This document shows positions 17,963-27,746 of a stretch of 64,000 bases of DNA, one piece after another. The translations under genes were made by a program, and so were the position numbers. This DNA comes from Thermoplasmata archaeon (GTDB taxonomy: Archaea > Thermoplasmatota > Thermoplasmata > Lutacidiplasmatales > UBA184). The DNA is taken from contig JBAUZT010000010.1 of NCBI GenBank assembly GCA_049585415.1, forward strand, positions 20,406 through 84,405. Direction: 5' to 3'. Every line of letters starts with the position of its first letter. Position 1 is the stretch's first letter. The notes under the pieces are model-generated. The model was not told where the DNA came from and did no database searches. It saw only the letters and a list, made by a program, of their open reading frames with translations.

Positions 17963-18294
17963 CTGTCGAAGATATGCTTGCTTCGCTCGTCGACCGGTTC
18001 AACCGGAAGGCGGATGCCACTCCCGCGATGGCGGAGGAGCTCGACGGGCTCGAGCGGACGATCCGCGTCCGCCTCACGGACGAGGGGAACTACGCGGTCG
18101 ACCTGCGCAAGGGGCGTCTCGTGAACCTCCGGACCGCGACCGACGGCCGCGCCGACGTGACGATCACCACGGACGTCGCGACGTTCCAGGGGCTCGTGAA
18201 GAAGGAGATCGGACCGATGAAGGCGCTCGTCACCCGAAAGCTCGCGATCGAGGGGTCCCTCGAGGACAAGCTCCTCTTCCGTAAGCTGCTCTAA
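17959..18294 (+). CDS. SCP2 sterol-carrier-domain protein
   Basis: 111 aa, ...FQGLVKKEIGPMKALVTRKLAIEGSLEDKLLF typical of the SCP2 C-terminus. ATGA overlap with rnhB. Confidence 0.7.
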   Translation: MTVEDMLASLVDRFNRKADATPAMAEELDGLERTIRVRLTDEGNYAVDLRKGRLVNLRTATDGRADVTITTDVATFQGLVKKEIGPMKALVTRKLAIEGSLEDKLLFRKLL

Positions 18295-18314
18295 GGGCGC
18301 GCGTCGCGCGCGCG

Positions 18315-18815
18315 TCAGGGAAGGAACACGCACGCGGCGATGCAGACGCCGTAGTGGTCCATCGGGATCGAGAGCTCCTCGGTGCGGTACCGGATCCGGC
18401 GAAGCTCGACGCCCCGGAAATGGGCGATCTCCTGCATCCGCCAACGGAGGAACTCCTTGAGCGACTTCTGGGTCCCGTGGAGATGCGCTTCCGCGACGTA
18501 GCCGCCCTGACCGTCGGTACGGAACCCGTAGGCGATGCCGGCGCTGATGACCTCGCCCTCCCCGCCGGAGTAGCGGGCGAGCACGGCGTGGGTGATCGCC
18601 CCGCGGGCGATCGGCACACGGTCGACCTGGCGGATCCCGATCGGGAGCACCGAGGAGACGCTCACGAGGTTCTGGTCGCCGATCCCCGCCTGGAGGAGCG
18701 CGAGGTCGAACGCGTTCAGCTCGCTCGTCTTGTTGATCCCCTTCCCGCTCGTGACGAAGAATCGCGTGGGGACGGGGACGAGGGTCGAGGCCCCGGCGCC
18801 GGAACGTACGGGCAC
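18315..18815 (-). CDS. pdaD: pyruvoyl-dependent arginine decarboxylase
   Basis: PTRFFVTSGKG...ELNAFDLALLQAGIGDQNLVSVSSVLP (self-cleavage SS site). Confidence 0.85.
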   Translation of the reverse strand: MPVRSGAGASTLVPVPTRFFVTSGKGINKTSELNAFDLALLQAGIGDQNLVSVSSVLPIGIRQVDRVPIARGAITHAVLARYSGGEGEVISAGIAYGFRTDGQGGYVAEAHLHGTQKSLKEFLRWRMQEIAHFRGVELRRIRYRTEELSIPMDHYGVCIAACVFLP

Positions 18816-18860
18816 GGGCGTCGCTGAGTACCGCGCGACCTTAACCTTTCGCGCGCCGGC

Positions 18861-19430
18861 CTAGACCATGATCGCGTGGCGACGGCGCATCGACTCCTCG
18901 GTCTCGCCCCGCGCCTGCATCAGCTCGGCGATGAGCGCGTCCGTCAGCCGAAGGCTCGCGGACTCGAAAAGGGTGCCGAGCGGCGCGAACTTCGGTCGTT
19001 CCGGGTCCTCGGGAAAATCGAGCGGCAACAAGGCGGTCGCGATGTGCGCGAGCTTCGAAGCGGCGCGGCCGGTCACGACGATCAGCTCCGCCCCCTCACG
19101 GCGCACGATGTTCGCGGTCTGGATCGAGGACTGGCTCTCCCCGCGCCCCGAGAGGATGAACACCACGTCCCCTCGCCGGACGATCGGCGTCACGCTCTCG
19201 CCGATGACGTAGGCGGTGAGGCCGATCTGTACGAGCCGCATCGCGAACGCGCGCCCCAGGATACCGCTCCGCCCCGCGCCGTAGACGAACGTCGCGGGGG
19301 CGCGCGCGAGGAGCGCGACCACGCTCGCGACCGTCGCGGGGTTGAGGCGGTCGAGCGCCACCGTGACGCGCTCCTCAATGTACCGCTGGGTGCGGGTGAA
19401 CGTCGAACCGTTACCTTCGGCGCCCGGCAT
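18861..19430 (-). CDS. SIS-domain sugar-phosphate isomerase (6-phospho-3-hexuloisomerase-like)
   Basis: GAGRSGILGRAFAMRL...FILSGRGES SIS motifs. Confidence 0.65.
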   Translation of the reverse strand: MPGAEGNGSTFTRTQRYIEERVTVALDRLNPATVASVVALLARAPATFVYGAGRSGILGRAFAMRLVQIGLTAYVIGESVTPIVRRGDVVFILSGRGESQSSIQTANIVRREGAELIVVTGRAASKLAHIATALLPLDFPEDPERPKFAPLGTLFESASLRLTDALIAELMQARGETEESMRRRHAIMV

Positions 19431-20601
19431 GGTGTCGAGCCTCCTTGCGGCGCGGCGGGGGGGACGGGGGACGACGGGAGGGCTTGTGAGGTCGGGGGGC
19501 CGGCGCCTTCGCCGCCGGCCGGGCCGGGGGTTTCCCCTTGGCGGCGGGCGGAGGCACCGGCTTCTTGACGGGCTTCGGTGCGGGCGGCGCGTGCAGCTTC
19601 GCCCAGCGCCGGGTGAGCGCCCGCTCGTAGAGGAGCTTCATGTACATCGCGTCGTGCTCGAGGAGCGGCGAGCTCGAGATCACCGTGACGTCGTAGTCCC
19701 GCTCGGCGAGGATCTCGGCGAGCGGGTCGAACCGGACGAGCCCGCGCTTGATCGGCGTCAGGCGGAACTCCCCCGACCCGTAGAACTCGACCCCCGAGAA
19801 GTTGAGGTAGAGCGGCCCGTCGGTCGCCGCGACGAACTCCTTGATCACCGGCTCGAGCTGCTCCGCCTCTTCGAAGGAGCGGCGCTCACGCGCGGCGAGA
19901 TGCGGCAGGTTCAGCACCGGCACGGTGCCCTTCACCCGGTGGGCGAGCTCGAGGACCTCCTCGCGAGAGCCGAAGACGTCGGGGTGCCCGCTCGGTTCGA
20001 TCGCGAGCCGGACGCTCCCCTTCGAGTACTGCTTCAGCCAGTCGGAGAGGTCGGTGACGATGTGCGTGAGCTCCTGGATCGAGTCCGCGCGGTCGCCCCC
20101 GCCGTAGAACCCAAGGTGAGTCACCGCGAGGCGAGCCCCCAAGCCCTGGGCGAGCACGCCGGCCCACTGGATCTGCCGCGTCGACTGCTCGCGCGCATCG
20201 CTCGAGCCGAAGAAGTCGACGTAGTACGGGGCGTGGAGCGTGAGGTCGGTGTCGAGCGCGCGCGCGAGCGCCTTGGTCTGCTGGAGGTCGGGGTAGTCCT
20301 TCGCGAGGCTCCAGGTGAGGGTGGTGAGCGAATCGCGCTTACGGATCGGCGAGGTGAGCGCGGCGACCGAGGGGACCCCGCCCTGGCTGTCCGCCGCGCC
20401 GACGTTCATCACGAGCTGGAGCGGAAGCTCGCGGGCGACCTTGCCGATCTCCTCGTCGAACGCGAGGCGCGTCAGCGGGTTGACCTTGATGAACTGGACC
20501 TCCATCGCGGTGAGCCCGAGATGGTGGACGTCGGCGATGCCGTCCCGAAGCGTACGCCCTTTGCAGGAAAGAGGGATCCCCGCGGGTCCGAACCGGATCA
20601 C
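19411..20601 (-). CDS. xylose-isomerase-like TIM-barrel protein (endonuclease IV-related) with Lys/Pro-rich tail
   Basis: MIRFGPAGIP N-terminus and TIM-barrel length. The last ~65 aa are PAPKP-type low complexity. Confidence 0.6.
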   Translation of the reverse strand: MIRFGPAGIPLSCKGRTLRDGIADVHHLGLTAMEVQFIKVNPLTRLAFDEEIGKVARELPLQLVMNVGAADSQGGVPSVAALTSPIRKRDSLTTLTWSLAKDYPDLQQTKALARALDTDLTLHAPYYVDFFGSSDAREQSTRQIQWAGVLAQGLGARLAVTHLGFYGGGDRADSIQELTHIVTDLSDWLKQYSKGSVRLAIEPSGHPDVFGSREEVLELAHRVKGTVPVLNLPHLAARERRSFEEAEQLEPVIKEFVAATDGPLYLNFSGVEFYGSGEFRLTPIKRGLVRFDPLAEILAERDYDVTVISSSPLLEHDAMYMKLLYERALTRRWAKLHAPPAPKPVKKPVPPPAAKGKPPARPAAKAPAPRPHKPSRRPPSPPPRRKEARHHAGRRR

Positions 20602-20647
20602 GAGTTACCAGGCCTCAAAAACGGCGGACCCGCGGGAAGAATCGAAC

Positions 20648-21301
20648 CTATATAGCGGGGCCCGGCGCCGGCGCGCCGGCCCGTCCGGTCGGGGCGGAGC
20701 GACGGCCGTCGGGCCGGAAGCCGAGCCCGACGAGGTAGATCTCCGACGACGGCTCTCGCGAAGCCGGGGGCTTTGTCCGGCGGACGCTCGCGAACGACCG
20801 GCCGAGCTCCCGCTCGAGCTCGCCGACCATGTCGCCGTCGAAGACCTTCGCGACGAACGCCCCGCGCGGCGCGAGCACGGTGCGGGCGAGGGTGAACGCG
20901 TCGCGGACGAGGCTGACGCTCCGCGCGTGGTCGGTCCCGTACGCGCCGCTGATGCGGGGCGACATGTCCGAGACGACGACGTCAAACTCCTCCGAGCCGA
21001 GCCGCTCGAGGAGCTTCGCGTCCCCCACCCTTCCCCGGACCACCCGGACCCCGTCGATCGGCTCGATCGGGCGGGGGTCGACCGCGACCACCGTCCCGCG
21101 GGAGCCGACCCGCTCCCGCGCCACGACCGACCAGCCGCCGGGCGCGGCGCCGAGGTCGAGGACCCGCGCCCCGGGTCGGAAGAGGCGGAACCGGTCATCG
21201 ACGTAGGCGAGCTTGAACGCGGCGCGCGAACGCAAACCTTCACGCTGCGCGGCCCGGTAGTAGGGGTCGTGGCGTCGCTCGCTCACGAACCGCCGCGGCA
21301 T
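20648..21301 (-). CDS. rlmE: 23S rRNA 2'-O-ribose methyltransferase (RrmJ/FtsJ family)
   Basis: DPYYRAAQREGLRSRAAFKL...VLDLGAAPGGWS. ATG verified at 21299-21301; the track start overlaps the tRNA and is rejected. Confidence 0.85.
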   Translation of the reverse strand: MPRRFVSERRHDPYYRAAQREGLRSRAAFKLAYVDDRFRLFRPGARVLDLGAAPGGWSVVARERVGSRGTVVAVDPRPIEPIDGVRVVRGRVGDAKLLERLGSEEFDVVVSDMSPRISGAYGTDHARSVSLVRDAFTLARTVLAPRGAFVAKVFDGDMVGELERELGRSFASVRRTKPPASREPSSEIYLVGLGFRPDGRRSAPTGRAGAPAPGPAI

Positions 21302-21355
21302 CTTGGGCGGACGAGTCCGACGTCCTACATGAACGGGCGGGCGGGGCGCGGCGGA

Positions 21356-21430
21356 TGGGGCCGTCCGAATTTGAATCGGAGTCTCTTGCACCCCAAGCAA
21401 GAAGGATGGTCCAAGCTACCCCACGGCCCC
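21356..21430 (-). tRNA. tRNA-Pro (anticodon GGG)
   Basis: Reverse complement is GGGGCCG-TG-GGGT-AGCTTGGACCA-TCCT-T-CTTGC-TTGGGGT-GCAAG-AGAC-TCCGA-TTCAAAT-TCGGA-CGGCCCC-A. A14, G18G19, A21, U33 and G37 are present. No encoded CCA. Confidence 0.85.
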
Positions 21431-21500
21431 ACGCCGCGCCGGTGGCGCGCCGACCCGGACGGCTTAGATAATGGTTTCTCGAGCGAACGCCCACCGGTGG

Positions 21501-21683
21501 CTAGTGGACGTAGAACCACGCGGCGAGGCCGAAGACCGCGATGATCACCACGCTCACGAGCGCGACCCAGAAGAACGTCCACAGCTCTGCGACGCCCTCG
21601 GCCGGGGTCACCTCGGGGCCGGGGGTGGAGCTCCCCGGCGTCGGGGTGTAGGGCGTTCGGTACGGCTTGGCCCCTTCCGTCAC
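21501..21683 (-). CDS. small single-TM protein with Pro/Thr-rich N-terminus
   Basis: 60 aa with TM LWTFFWVALVSVVIIAVFGLAAWF. Confidence 0.4.
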   Translation of the reverse strand: MTEGAKPYRTPYTPTPGSSTPGPEVTPAEGVAELWTFFWVALVSVVIIAVFGLAAWFYVH

Positions 21684-21740
21684 GGTGGTACCGGACCCTC
21701 CGACTCCGGGGCGATTCTTATCGCCTCGGTTCGTGCGGGC

Positions 21741-22457
21741 CTACGCGGCGAACCACGGTAGTCGGGCCGCGGGGCCGGTCGGCTTCAGGACGAGCAGGTG
21801 CAGATTCGCTCCGGGCTCTCCCGGGGCGTACGAGTCTCGCTGGGCCAGCTGGTAGAGCAGGAACAGCGCGTCCTCGTCCGCCTTGACGCCGAGCGAGCGG
21901 TTCACGTCCACCCCGAACCGTTGGCGGAGCAGGGTCAGCATCTCTTCGAAGTCGATCTGGCCCGCGTCCTCTCCCGAGGCGGCGCGCCGGAACAGCCCGA
22001 CGACGATCCCCGTCGCGAGGCGCAGGATCTCCTGGGGTTCCGCGAGACGAAGATGGAAGTGCGGGGACGCCGGTCCCGAGCGCTCCCCCGGGGGAACGAC
22101 GAGGACGGCGACCTCGTTCTCGATCGCGGCACCGTCGGTGCCCGAGACCCGCGCCCACGTCTCTTCCGCGGCGCGGTCGTTCGGTACGACGAAGATCGCG
22201 CGGTGCGGAGGGGCGGCCGCCCTCCCGAAGCCCGCGACCCAGCGGTCGACGCCATCGGCCGAACTCGCGGTGACGGAGGCGTTGACGAAGACGGGGAACG
22301 TCCGACGAGGGACCCCCGACTCCTGGACCCAGAACGACGCGTTGCTCTCGGAGCTGCGTCGAGCGGGGGCGACCCGGGAATACCCGAGCTTCTTCAGGAC
22401 GTTCTCGGCGTCGCGCAAATGGTCGGAAGTACCTCCGACCCGGTCGGAGTCTGGCAT
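21741..22457 (-). CDS. hypothetical protein (238 aa)
   Basis: ATG verified at 22455-22457; the track ORF of 736 aa is over-extended through ctaB in another frame. Non-repetitive composition, no recognised domain. Confidence 0.5.
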   Translation of the reverse strand: MPDSDRVGGTSDHLRDAENVLKKLGYSRVAPARRSSESNASFWVQESGVPRRTFPVFVNASVTASSADGVDRWVAGFGRAAAPPHRAIFVVPNDRAAEETWARVSGTDGAAIENEVAVLVVPPGERSGPASPHFHLRLAEPQEILRLATGIVVGLFRRAASGEDAGQIDFEEMLTLLRQRFGVDVNRSLGVKADEDALFLLYQLAQRDSYAPGEPGANLHLLVLKPTGPAARLPWFAA

Positions 22458-22513
22458 TGGGGGATATAGGTGCGGATGTCGAGATAAGCTCGACGTGCGA
22501 ACGCACCGCACGG

Positions 22514-23443
22514 CTACAGGGACGTTGGGAAACCGATCCGGAGGAGCGGAGCGTTGACGATGATCGCGACGACCACCGCTAACAGGTACGGCCCGGAATA
22601 GATGAACCCCCGGCGGGCGGTCGCCCGCGTCACCGACCGCCACAGGGGCGCGGTGAGGAGGACAAAGATCGCCCCGAGCCCCGTGAGGACGGCAAGGACC
22701 GGCCAGGCGAGGGCCCCGGTGAACCCGATCAGGAGCGCGGCGGGGATGAGGAGCGCCGCCGAGACGACCACGACCTTGCCCGAGTAGGCAAGGTCGTCCA
22801 TCCGCGGCAGCATCGGGAGCCCCGCGCGGGCATAATCGTCCTTCAGGAGGATCGCGAGGCTCCAGAAGTGCGGGGGCGTCCAGAGGAAGACGAGGATCGC
22901 GAAGGCGATCACCCCCGGGGTCCACATCCCGACCGCGGCCGCCCCTCCCGCGAGGGCGGGTGCGCTCCCGGCGAAGCCGCCGATGACGATGTTCCAGCTC
23001 GAGCGCCGCTTGAGCCACGCCGTATAGACGACGACGTACGTGAGCCCCCCGAGGAAGATCGAGAAGCCGGTGAGCGGGTTCAGCAGCCAGCTCGCTGCGC
23101 CGATACCGACCCCGAGGAAGCCGAGCCCGAGGGCCGCGACGACCCCGCTCGGGGCGATCCGCTCGTCCGGGAGGGGACGCGAGCGGGTCCGCTTCATCCG
23201 GGCGTCGAGGTCCCGGTCGAGGTAGTGGTTCAGCATCGCCGCCCCCGCCGAGGCGGCCGCACCGCAGACGACCAGGATCCCCAGGCGCACGAGGTCCACC
23301 GAGCGGGGGTCGGCGAGCAGGAACCCTCCGACCGCGACCGTGCAGATCAACGCCGTGATCCCCGGCTTCGCGAGCGCGAGAAAGTCGCGGGCGCTCGCCC
23401 GACGCGGGGGAGACGGCGGGCTCGGTGACGAGGATTCGACCAT
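22514..23443 (-). CDS. ctaB: protoheme IX farnesyltransferase (heme O synthase)
   Basis: UbiA-family motif NHYLDRDLDARMKRTRSRPLP and 8-9 TM helices. Confidence 0.9.
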   Translation of the reverse strand: MVESSSPSPPSPPRRASARDFLALAKPGITALICTVAVGGFLLADPRSVDLVRLGILVVCGAAASAGAAMLNHYLDRDLDARMKRTRSRPLPDERIAPSGVVAALGLGFLGVGIGAASWLLNPLTGFSIFLGGLTYVVVYTAWLKRRSSWNIVIGGFAGSAPALAGGAAAVGMWTPGVIAFAILVFLWTPPHFWSLAILLKDDYARAGLPMLPRMDDLAYSGKVVVVSAALLIPAALLIGFTGALAWPVLAVLTGLGAIFVLLTAPLWRSVTRATARRGFIYSGPYLLAVVVAIIVNAPLLRIGFPTSL

Positions 23444-23473
23444 GAGCTTCCCTTCGGATGGACGGGGCGGGGC

Positions 23474-24058
23474 CTATCCTTCCTGGGGCGAGGTCGAGGC
23501 GACCGGCCGTTCCGTCGCCCGCCCCGGGGACGGATCGGAGGCGGGGGTGTGTCGGGGGGCACGGACCGGCTCCTCGACCACCGCTCGTCGTGCCCAGTCG
23601 ACCCAACGCCGAGGCATCTCGCGCAGGTTCGCGAGGAGCGCGGTCACGAGGAGGAGCCCGAAGAGGGCGGTCGCGATGGCGAGGTGAAGGAGGACGACCT
23701 CCGCGAGGAGGGAGGTCTCGATGACGACCCCGCCGAGGAGCGCCTCGGTAACGACCAGCCCGAGCGCGACCAGGGAAAGTCGCAGGATGGCCCTGCGGCC
23801 GCGCTCGTAGGCGACTCCGAGGAGCGTGAGCACGAGGACGCTCACGGAGAGGACGAACGCCGCGACGCGGTGGCTCCACTCGACCGCCGCCCCGCCGGTG
23901 AACGCGGGGAGGTAGTTGCCGTTCCCATAGCACGACGGCCAGTCCGGGCACGCGAGGCCGTTCCCCGTGGTGATGACGTTTCCCCCGAGGATGATCGTCA
24001 TGTAGCAGAGCACGCAGGCGATGACCGCGGCGAACCGGAAGAGGTCGTGCCCGCGCAT
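23474..24058 (-). CDS. ctaA: compact (4-TM) heme A synthase, COX15/CtaA family
   Basis: GLACPDWPSC loop cysteines, His in EWSHRVAAF and LLHLAIA, only four helices. Confidence 0.7.
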   Translation of the reverse strand: MRGHDLFRFAAVIACVLCYMTIILGGNVITTGNGLACPDWPSCYGNGNYLPAFTGGAAVEWSHRVAAFVLSVSVLVLTLLGVAYERGRRAILRLSLVALGLVVTEALLGGVVIETSLLAEVVLLHLAIATALFGLLLVTALLANLREMPRRWVDWARRAVVEEPVRAPRHTPASDPSPGRATERPVASTSPQEG

Positions 24059-24065
24059 CGCGCCC

Positions 24066-25763
24066 CTAGGACGTCTCGACCGGGGTCGCCGCGGGGACCG
24101 GCACGGGGGCTCGCGTCGGCGTCTCCGAGGGGAGCGGCTTCGCCACCGGTCCGCTCATCCGGACGGCGAGCTCCTCGCCCCACGGGTCGTCGGAGGTGAC
24201 CGGGTCGCCGGCGAAGTAGCTGTAGACCATGTTGTAGGCGAAGACCAGTTGACCTATCCCGAGTATGTATGCACCCAGCGTCGAGATGAAGTTGAGCGCC
24301 TGGAAATTCCCGACGAAGAGGTACGTGTAGACGCGCCGCGGCATCCCTTCCGCTCCGAGGATGAACATCGGGAAGAGGAGGACGTTCACCCCGACGTACG
24401 TGAGGAGGAAGTGGAGCTGACCGAGCCGCTGGCTGTACCAGCGCTTCGTCCAGATCGGGTAGTAGAAGTAGATGCCGGCGAAGATCGCCATCAGCGTTCC
24501 CCCGAGCAGGATGTAGTGGAAGTGCGCCACGACGAAGTACGTGCCGTGGTAGAGGTAGTCGATCGGTACCGAGGCGAGGAAGAGTCCCGAAAGGCCTCCG
24601 ATGATGAACCCGGTGATGAACGCGAGACAGAACCACATGGGCACCGCCATCCATATGCGACCCCCCCAGAGCGTCGCGACCCAGTTGAACACCTTGACCG
24701 CGGACGGTACGGCGACCGCGAAGGTCGAGAGCATGAAGACGAACTGGATGTCCACCGATACGCCCGTGACGAACATGTGGTGCTCCCAAACCGCGAAGGA
24801 GAGCACCGCGAACGCGCCGAGCGCGATCGCCATCGCGCTGTAGCCGAAGATGTCCTTCCGCGCTAACTTCGGGAGGACGGTCGAGATGATCCCGAACGCC
24901 GGTAACACCATGATGTAAACCTCGGGGTGGGCAAAGAACCAGAACAGGTTCTGGTAGAGCAGCGCCCCGCCGAGCGGCGTCCCGTTCACGGCCGCGAGGA
25001 TGTGGGTTCCGAAGTTGCGGTCCGAGAGGACGAACGTGAGGGCGATCGAGAGGGAGGGCAGGGCGAAGATCAGGAGCACCGAGTTGATCAGGACCGACCA
25101 CACGAACAGGGGCATGTTCCAGTAGTGGACGCCCGGGGCTCGGTGCTTGATGATCGTGACGAGGAAGTTGATCGCGCCGAGCATCGACGAGATCGTGAGG
25201 ATATGCAATCCGAGGACCCAGAGGTCGACGCCGTACGGGTTCGGCCCGAACGACTCGAGGGTGAGGGGCACGTAACCGGTCCACCCCGCGTACGCGTTCG
25301 AGAGGATCAGGATCACCCCCGCGGGCGGGATGAGCCAGAACGCGATCGCGTTGATCCGCGGGAGCGCCATCTCCTTCGCGCCGATCATCGACGGCACGAG
25401 GTAGTTCCCGAACCCGGCGAGGGTTGGGATGATGAACATGAAGATCATCAGCACCCCGTGCATCGTGAACAGGGTCGAGTAGACGTCCGGGGTGATCCCG
25501 AGGGTCGTCTGCGGGTCGAGCCCGAGCCCCTGGACGACGCCGAGGTCGGTGCGGATCAGCGTCGCGTAGATCCCGCCGATGAAGAAGAACATCACCCCGG
25601 TGACGATGTACATCAGGCCGATCCGCTGGTGGTCGGTCGTGAAGAGCCACTTCTTGATCGCCGAGACCATCCACGAACCGTGGTAGTAGAACGCCCAGAT
25701 CAGGAACCCGGCGAACCCGGCGATGAGCGTGATGATCGCGATCGGCTGGGCGAGGTCCGTCAC
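24066..25763 (-). CDS. coxA: heme-copper oxidase subunit I (A-type)
   Basis: [56 protein letters not shown]. Confidence 0.95.
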   Translation of the reverse strand: MTDLAQPIAIITLIAGFAGFLIWAFYYHGSWMVSAIKKWLFTTDHQRIGLMYIVTGVMFFFIGGIYATLIRTDLGVVQGLGLDPQTTLGITPDVYSTLFTMHGVLMIFMFIIPTLAGFGNYLVPSMIGAKEMALPRINAIAFWLIPPAGVILILSNAYAGWTGYVPLTLESFGPNPYGVDLWVLGLHILTISSMLGAINFLVTIIKHRAPGVHYWNMPLFVWSVLINSVLLIFALPSLSIALTFVLSDRNFGTHILAAVNGTPLGGALLYQNLFWFFAHPEVYIMVLPAFGIISTVLPKLARKDIFGYSAMAIALGAFAVLSFAVWEHHMFVTGVSVDIQFVFMLSTFAVAVPSAVKVFNWVATLWGGRIWMAVPMWFCLAFITGFIIGGLSGLFLASVPIDYLYHGTYFVVAHFHYILLGGTLMAIFAGIYFYYPIWTKRWYSQRLGQLHFLLTYVGVNVLLFPMFILGAEGMPRRVYTYLFVGNFQALNFISTLGAYILGIGQLVFAYNMVYSYFAGDPVTSDDPWGEELAVRMSGPVAKPLPSETPTRAPVPVPAATPVETS

Positions 25764-26134
25764 GTGAGCAGCCCTCCGATCACGTAGGCGATCGCTGCCG
25801 CGGCGATGACGAAGACGAGGATCGCGAGGAAGCGCGCCTGCGACCGCGCCGTCACGGGGCCGGGGGGCGTCGGGCGGAAGCGCCGGCCCAGCGGCCAGAC
25901 GCGGTACGTCCGGTCCACGAGGTGGACCATCAGGGCGGCCATCAGGAACATCAGCGCGACCGCGAGGCCGAACGACTCCTGGGCGCCCGGGCTCACGAGC
26001 GAGCCGAGTTGGATCGCGTAGACGATGAGGACCCCGATGCCGAGGAGCATCAGGAACGTCACCGCGTCGTACAGGTCGAGGACCTTGCGACGAAGCCGCC
26101 GGAACTCCCCGCTCGCCGGGTCGTCGCTACTCAA
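25760..26134 (-). CDS. 3-TM membrane protein of the oxidase operon
   Basis: 4-nt overlap with coxA and 8-nt overlap with the upstream ORF. Three hydrophobic helices. Confidence 0.55.
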   Translation of the reverse strand: MSSDDPASGEFRRLRRKVLDLYDAVTFLMLLGIGVLIVYAIQLGSLVSPGAQESFGLAVALMFLMAALMVHLVDRTYRVWPLGRRFRPTPPGPVTARSQARFLAILVFVIAAAAIAYVIGGLLT

Positions 26135-26390
26135 AGAGCTCGACCCTCCGCTGGGGGGTTCCGCGATACCGGTCGACGCGGTACAGGACCCCGGCCATGA
26201 GCAGGAACGCGACGATCGCGACGACCACGCCGATCCCGAGGGGGATCAGGTCGAACAGATCTCCCGCGAGGAGGCCGGTCAGGCCGTAGACGAACGCCGC
26301 CGCGCCGAGGGTCCCGATCCCGAGGAGCACCCCGAGCACGACCCAGAGCCAACCGGTCTTCCAGACCGGCCGTTCGACCGTTTCACTCAA
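26127..26390 (-). CDS. 2-TM membrane protein of the oxidase operon
   Basis: 8-nt overlaps on both sides. Two hydrophobic helices. Confidence 0.5.
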   Translation of the reverse strand: MSETVERPVWKTGWLWVVLGVLLGIGTLGAAAFVYGLTGLLAGDLFDLIPLGIGVVVAIVAFLLMAGVLYRVDRYRGTPQRRVELFE

Positions 26391-27735
26391 CGCTCTTCGC
26401 CTCCAGGGTCGCGACCGCGGGCGGGGCGGGAGCCGGCGAGGGCGCCGGATAGGCGCCGGGGAGCGACGCGTTCCGCGCGGCGAGTCGTCGGAGGTAACTG
26501 CGACGATACCGCCAGTAGAACAGCAGGGTCACGACCGCGTTGACCGCGAACACCGGTCCGATGGTGTAGACGATCTGCATCTCGGGGATCGCGACGCCCG
26601 GGGTCTCTCCGCCCCAGACCGACATGAGGATGAAGAACCCGGCCAGGCTCGTCGCGATCCAGATGAAGTTCGGCCGGTCCCGTGGGTGGGTCCGCTTCGT
26701 TCGGTCGAGGAACGGCAGGAAGAGGATGTACGCGATCAGGACGGTGGTCACGCCGATCGCGAGGACCGGTGTGACGCCCGCGAAGTCGACAAACTTGAAC
26801 AGCCAGAGGAAGTACCAGTCGGGCTCGGTGACGACCCCCGCCGCGGCGAGGTTCCCGGCGTAGGTCGCGAGCGTCCACGGCCAGAGCGCCGCGATGCCGA
26901 GGAGGAGTCCGACGTAGAGCAGGCCCCACTTCGTGATGTACCAGAAGATGTGGGGCATGAACGGGACGTGCTGTTTGTCCTCCTTCTCGGTGTACCGCCG
27001 ACGTTGGAGCGGGTCGGAGCTCGCGGGCGGGGCGATCCCGTGGGACTCGAACAGGGCGATATGGGCGTAGAGGAGCGCGGCGAGCGCGATCGGTAACAGC
27101 AGCACGTGGGCGTCGAACATCCGCGAAAGGAGCCCTTGCGACGTCCCGTCGGCGAGAATGAACGGCCCGAGCAACGGGCCCACGGTCGGGAGCCGGAGGG
27201 CGAGGACGAGGCCGACGTTCGTCGCGTTGAGGGAGATCTGGGTGTAGGGGAGCAGGTAGCCCGTGAAGCCCATTCCCATCGTCGTGATCATCAGGAGCGT
27301 GCCGACCATCCAGGAAAATTCGCGCGGGGCCTTGTACACGCCGAGATAGTAGCCCCGGAAAAAGTGGAGAAACATCAGAAAGATCATCGCGTAGGCGCCG
27401 TAGAGGTGGCTCGAGAGCAGCAGCTGGCCCATCGGGACGGAATGGATGATGTAGTACGTCGAGCACCACGCCGCCGGCGCCACCGACTGGGTCCCGACGG
27501 GTTGACCGCACGCCGTGAGCGTGGTGTTCGTGCTCGGCTGGTAGTAGAGGAGGAGGAGAATCCCCGAGACGACCTGGTAGAGGAACGCCGTGACGACGAA
27601 GCCGCCGGTCCAGTAGGACGGCTTGAAGGTGAACTCGGGCTGTGGGCGGAGCGCCCACTTCTTCATCGATGTGCGGTCCTCGACGAACCCCCAGAGCTTG
27701 TTGAGGGTCCGATTGTACCAGTTCGAGAACGACAC
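26383..27735 (-). CDS. cytochrome b (b plus subunit-IV-like C-terminal part)
   Basis: 450 aa polytopic protein with TEPDWYFLWLFKF (PEWY-type motif) and His-bearing helices. Confidence 0.85.
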   Translation of the reverse strand: MSFSNWYNRTLNKLWGFVEDRTSMKKWALRPQPEFTFKPSYWTGGFVVTAFLYQVVSGILLLLYYQPSTNTTLTACGQPVGTQSVAPAAWCSTYYIIHSVPMGQLLLSSHLYGAYAMIFLMFLHFFRGYYLGVYKAPREFSWMVGTLLMITTMGMGFTGYLLPYTQISLNATNVGLVLALRLPTVGPLLGPFILADGTSQGLLSRMFDAHVLLLPIALAALLYAHIALFESHGIAPPASSDPLQRRRYTEKEDKQHVPFMPHIFWYITKWGLLYVGLLLGIAALWPWTLATYAGNLAAAGVVTEPDWYFLWLFKFVDFAGVTPVLAIGVTTVLIAYILFLPFLDRTKRTHPRDRPNFIWIATSLAGFFILMSVWGGETPGVAIPEMQIVYTIGPVFAVNAVVTLLFYWRYRRSYLRRLAARNASLPGAYPAPSPAPAPPAVATLEAKSVE

Positions 27736-27746
27736 TCACGATCCTC

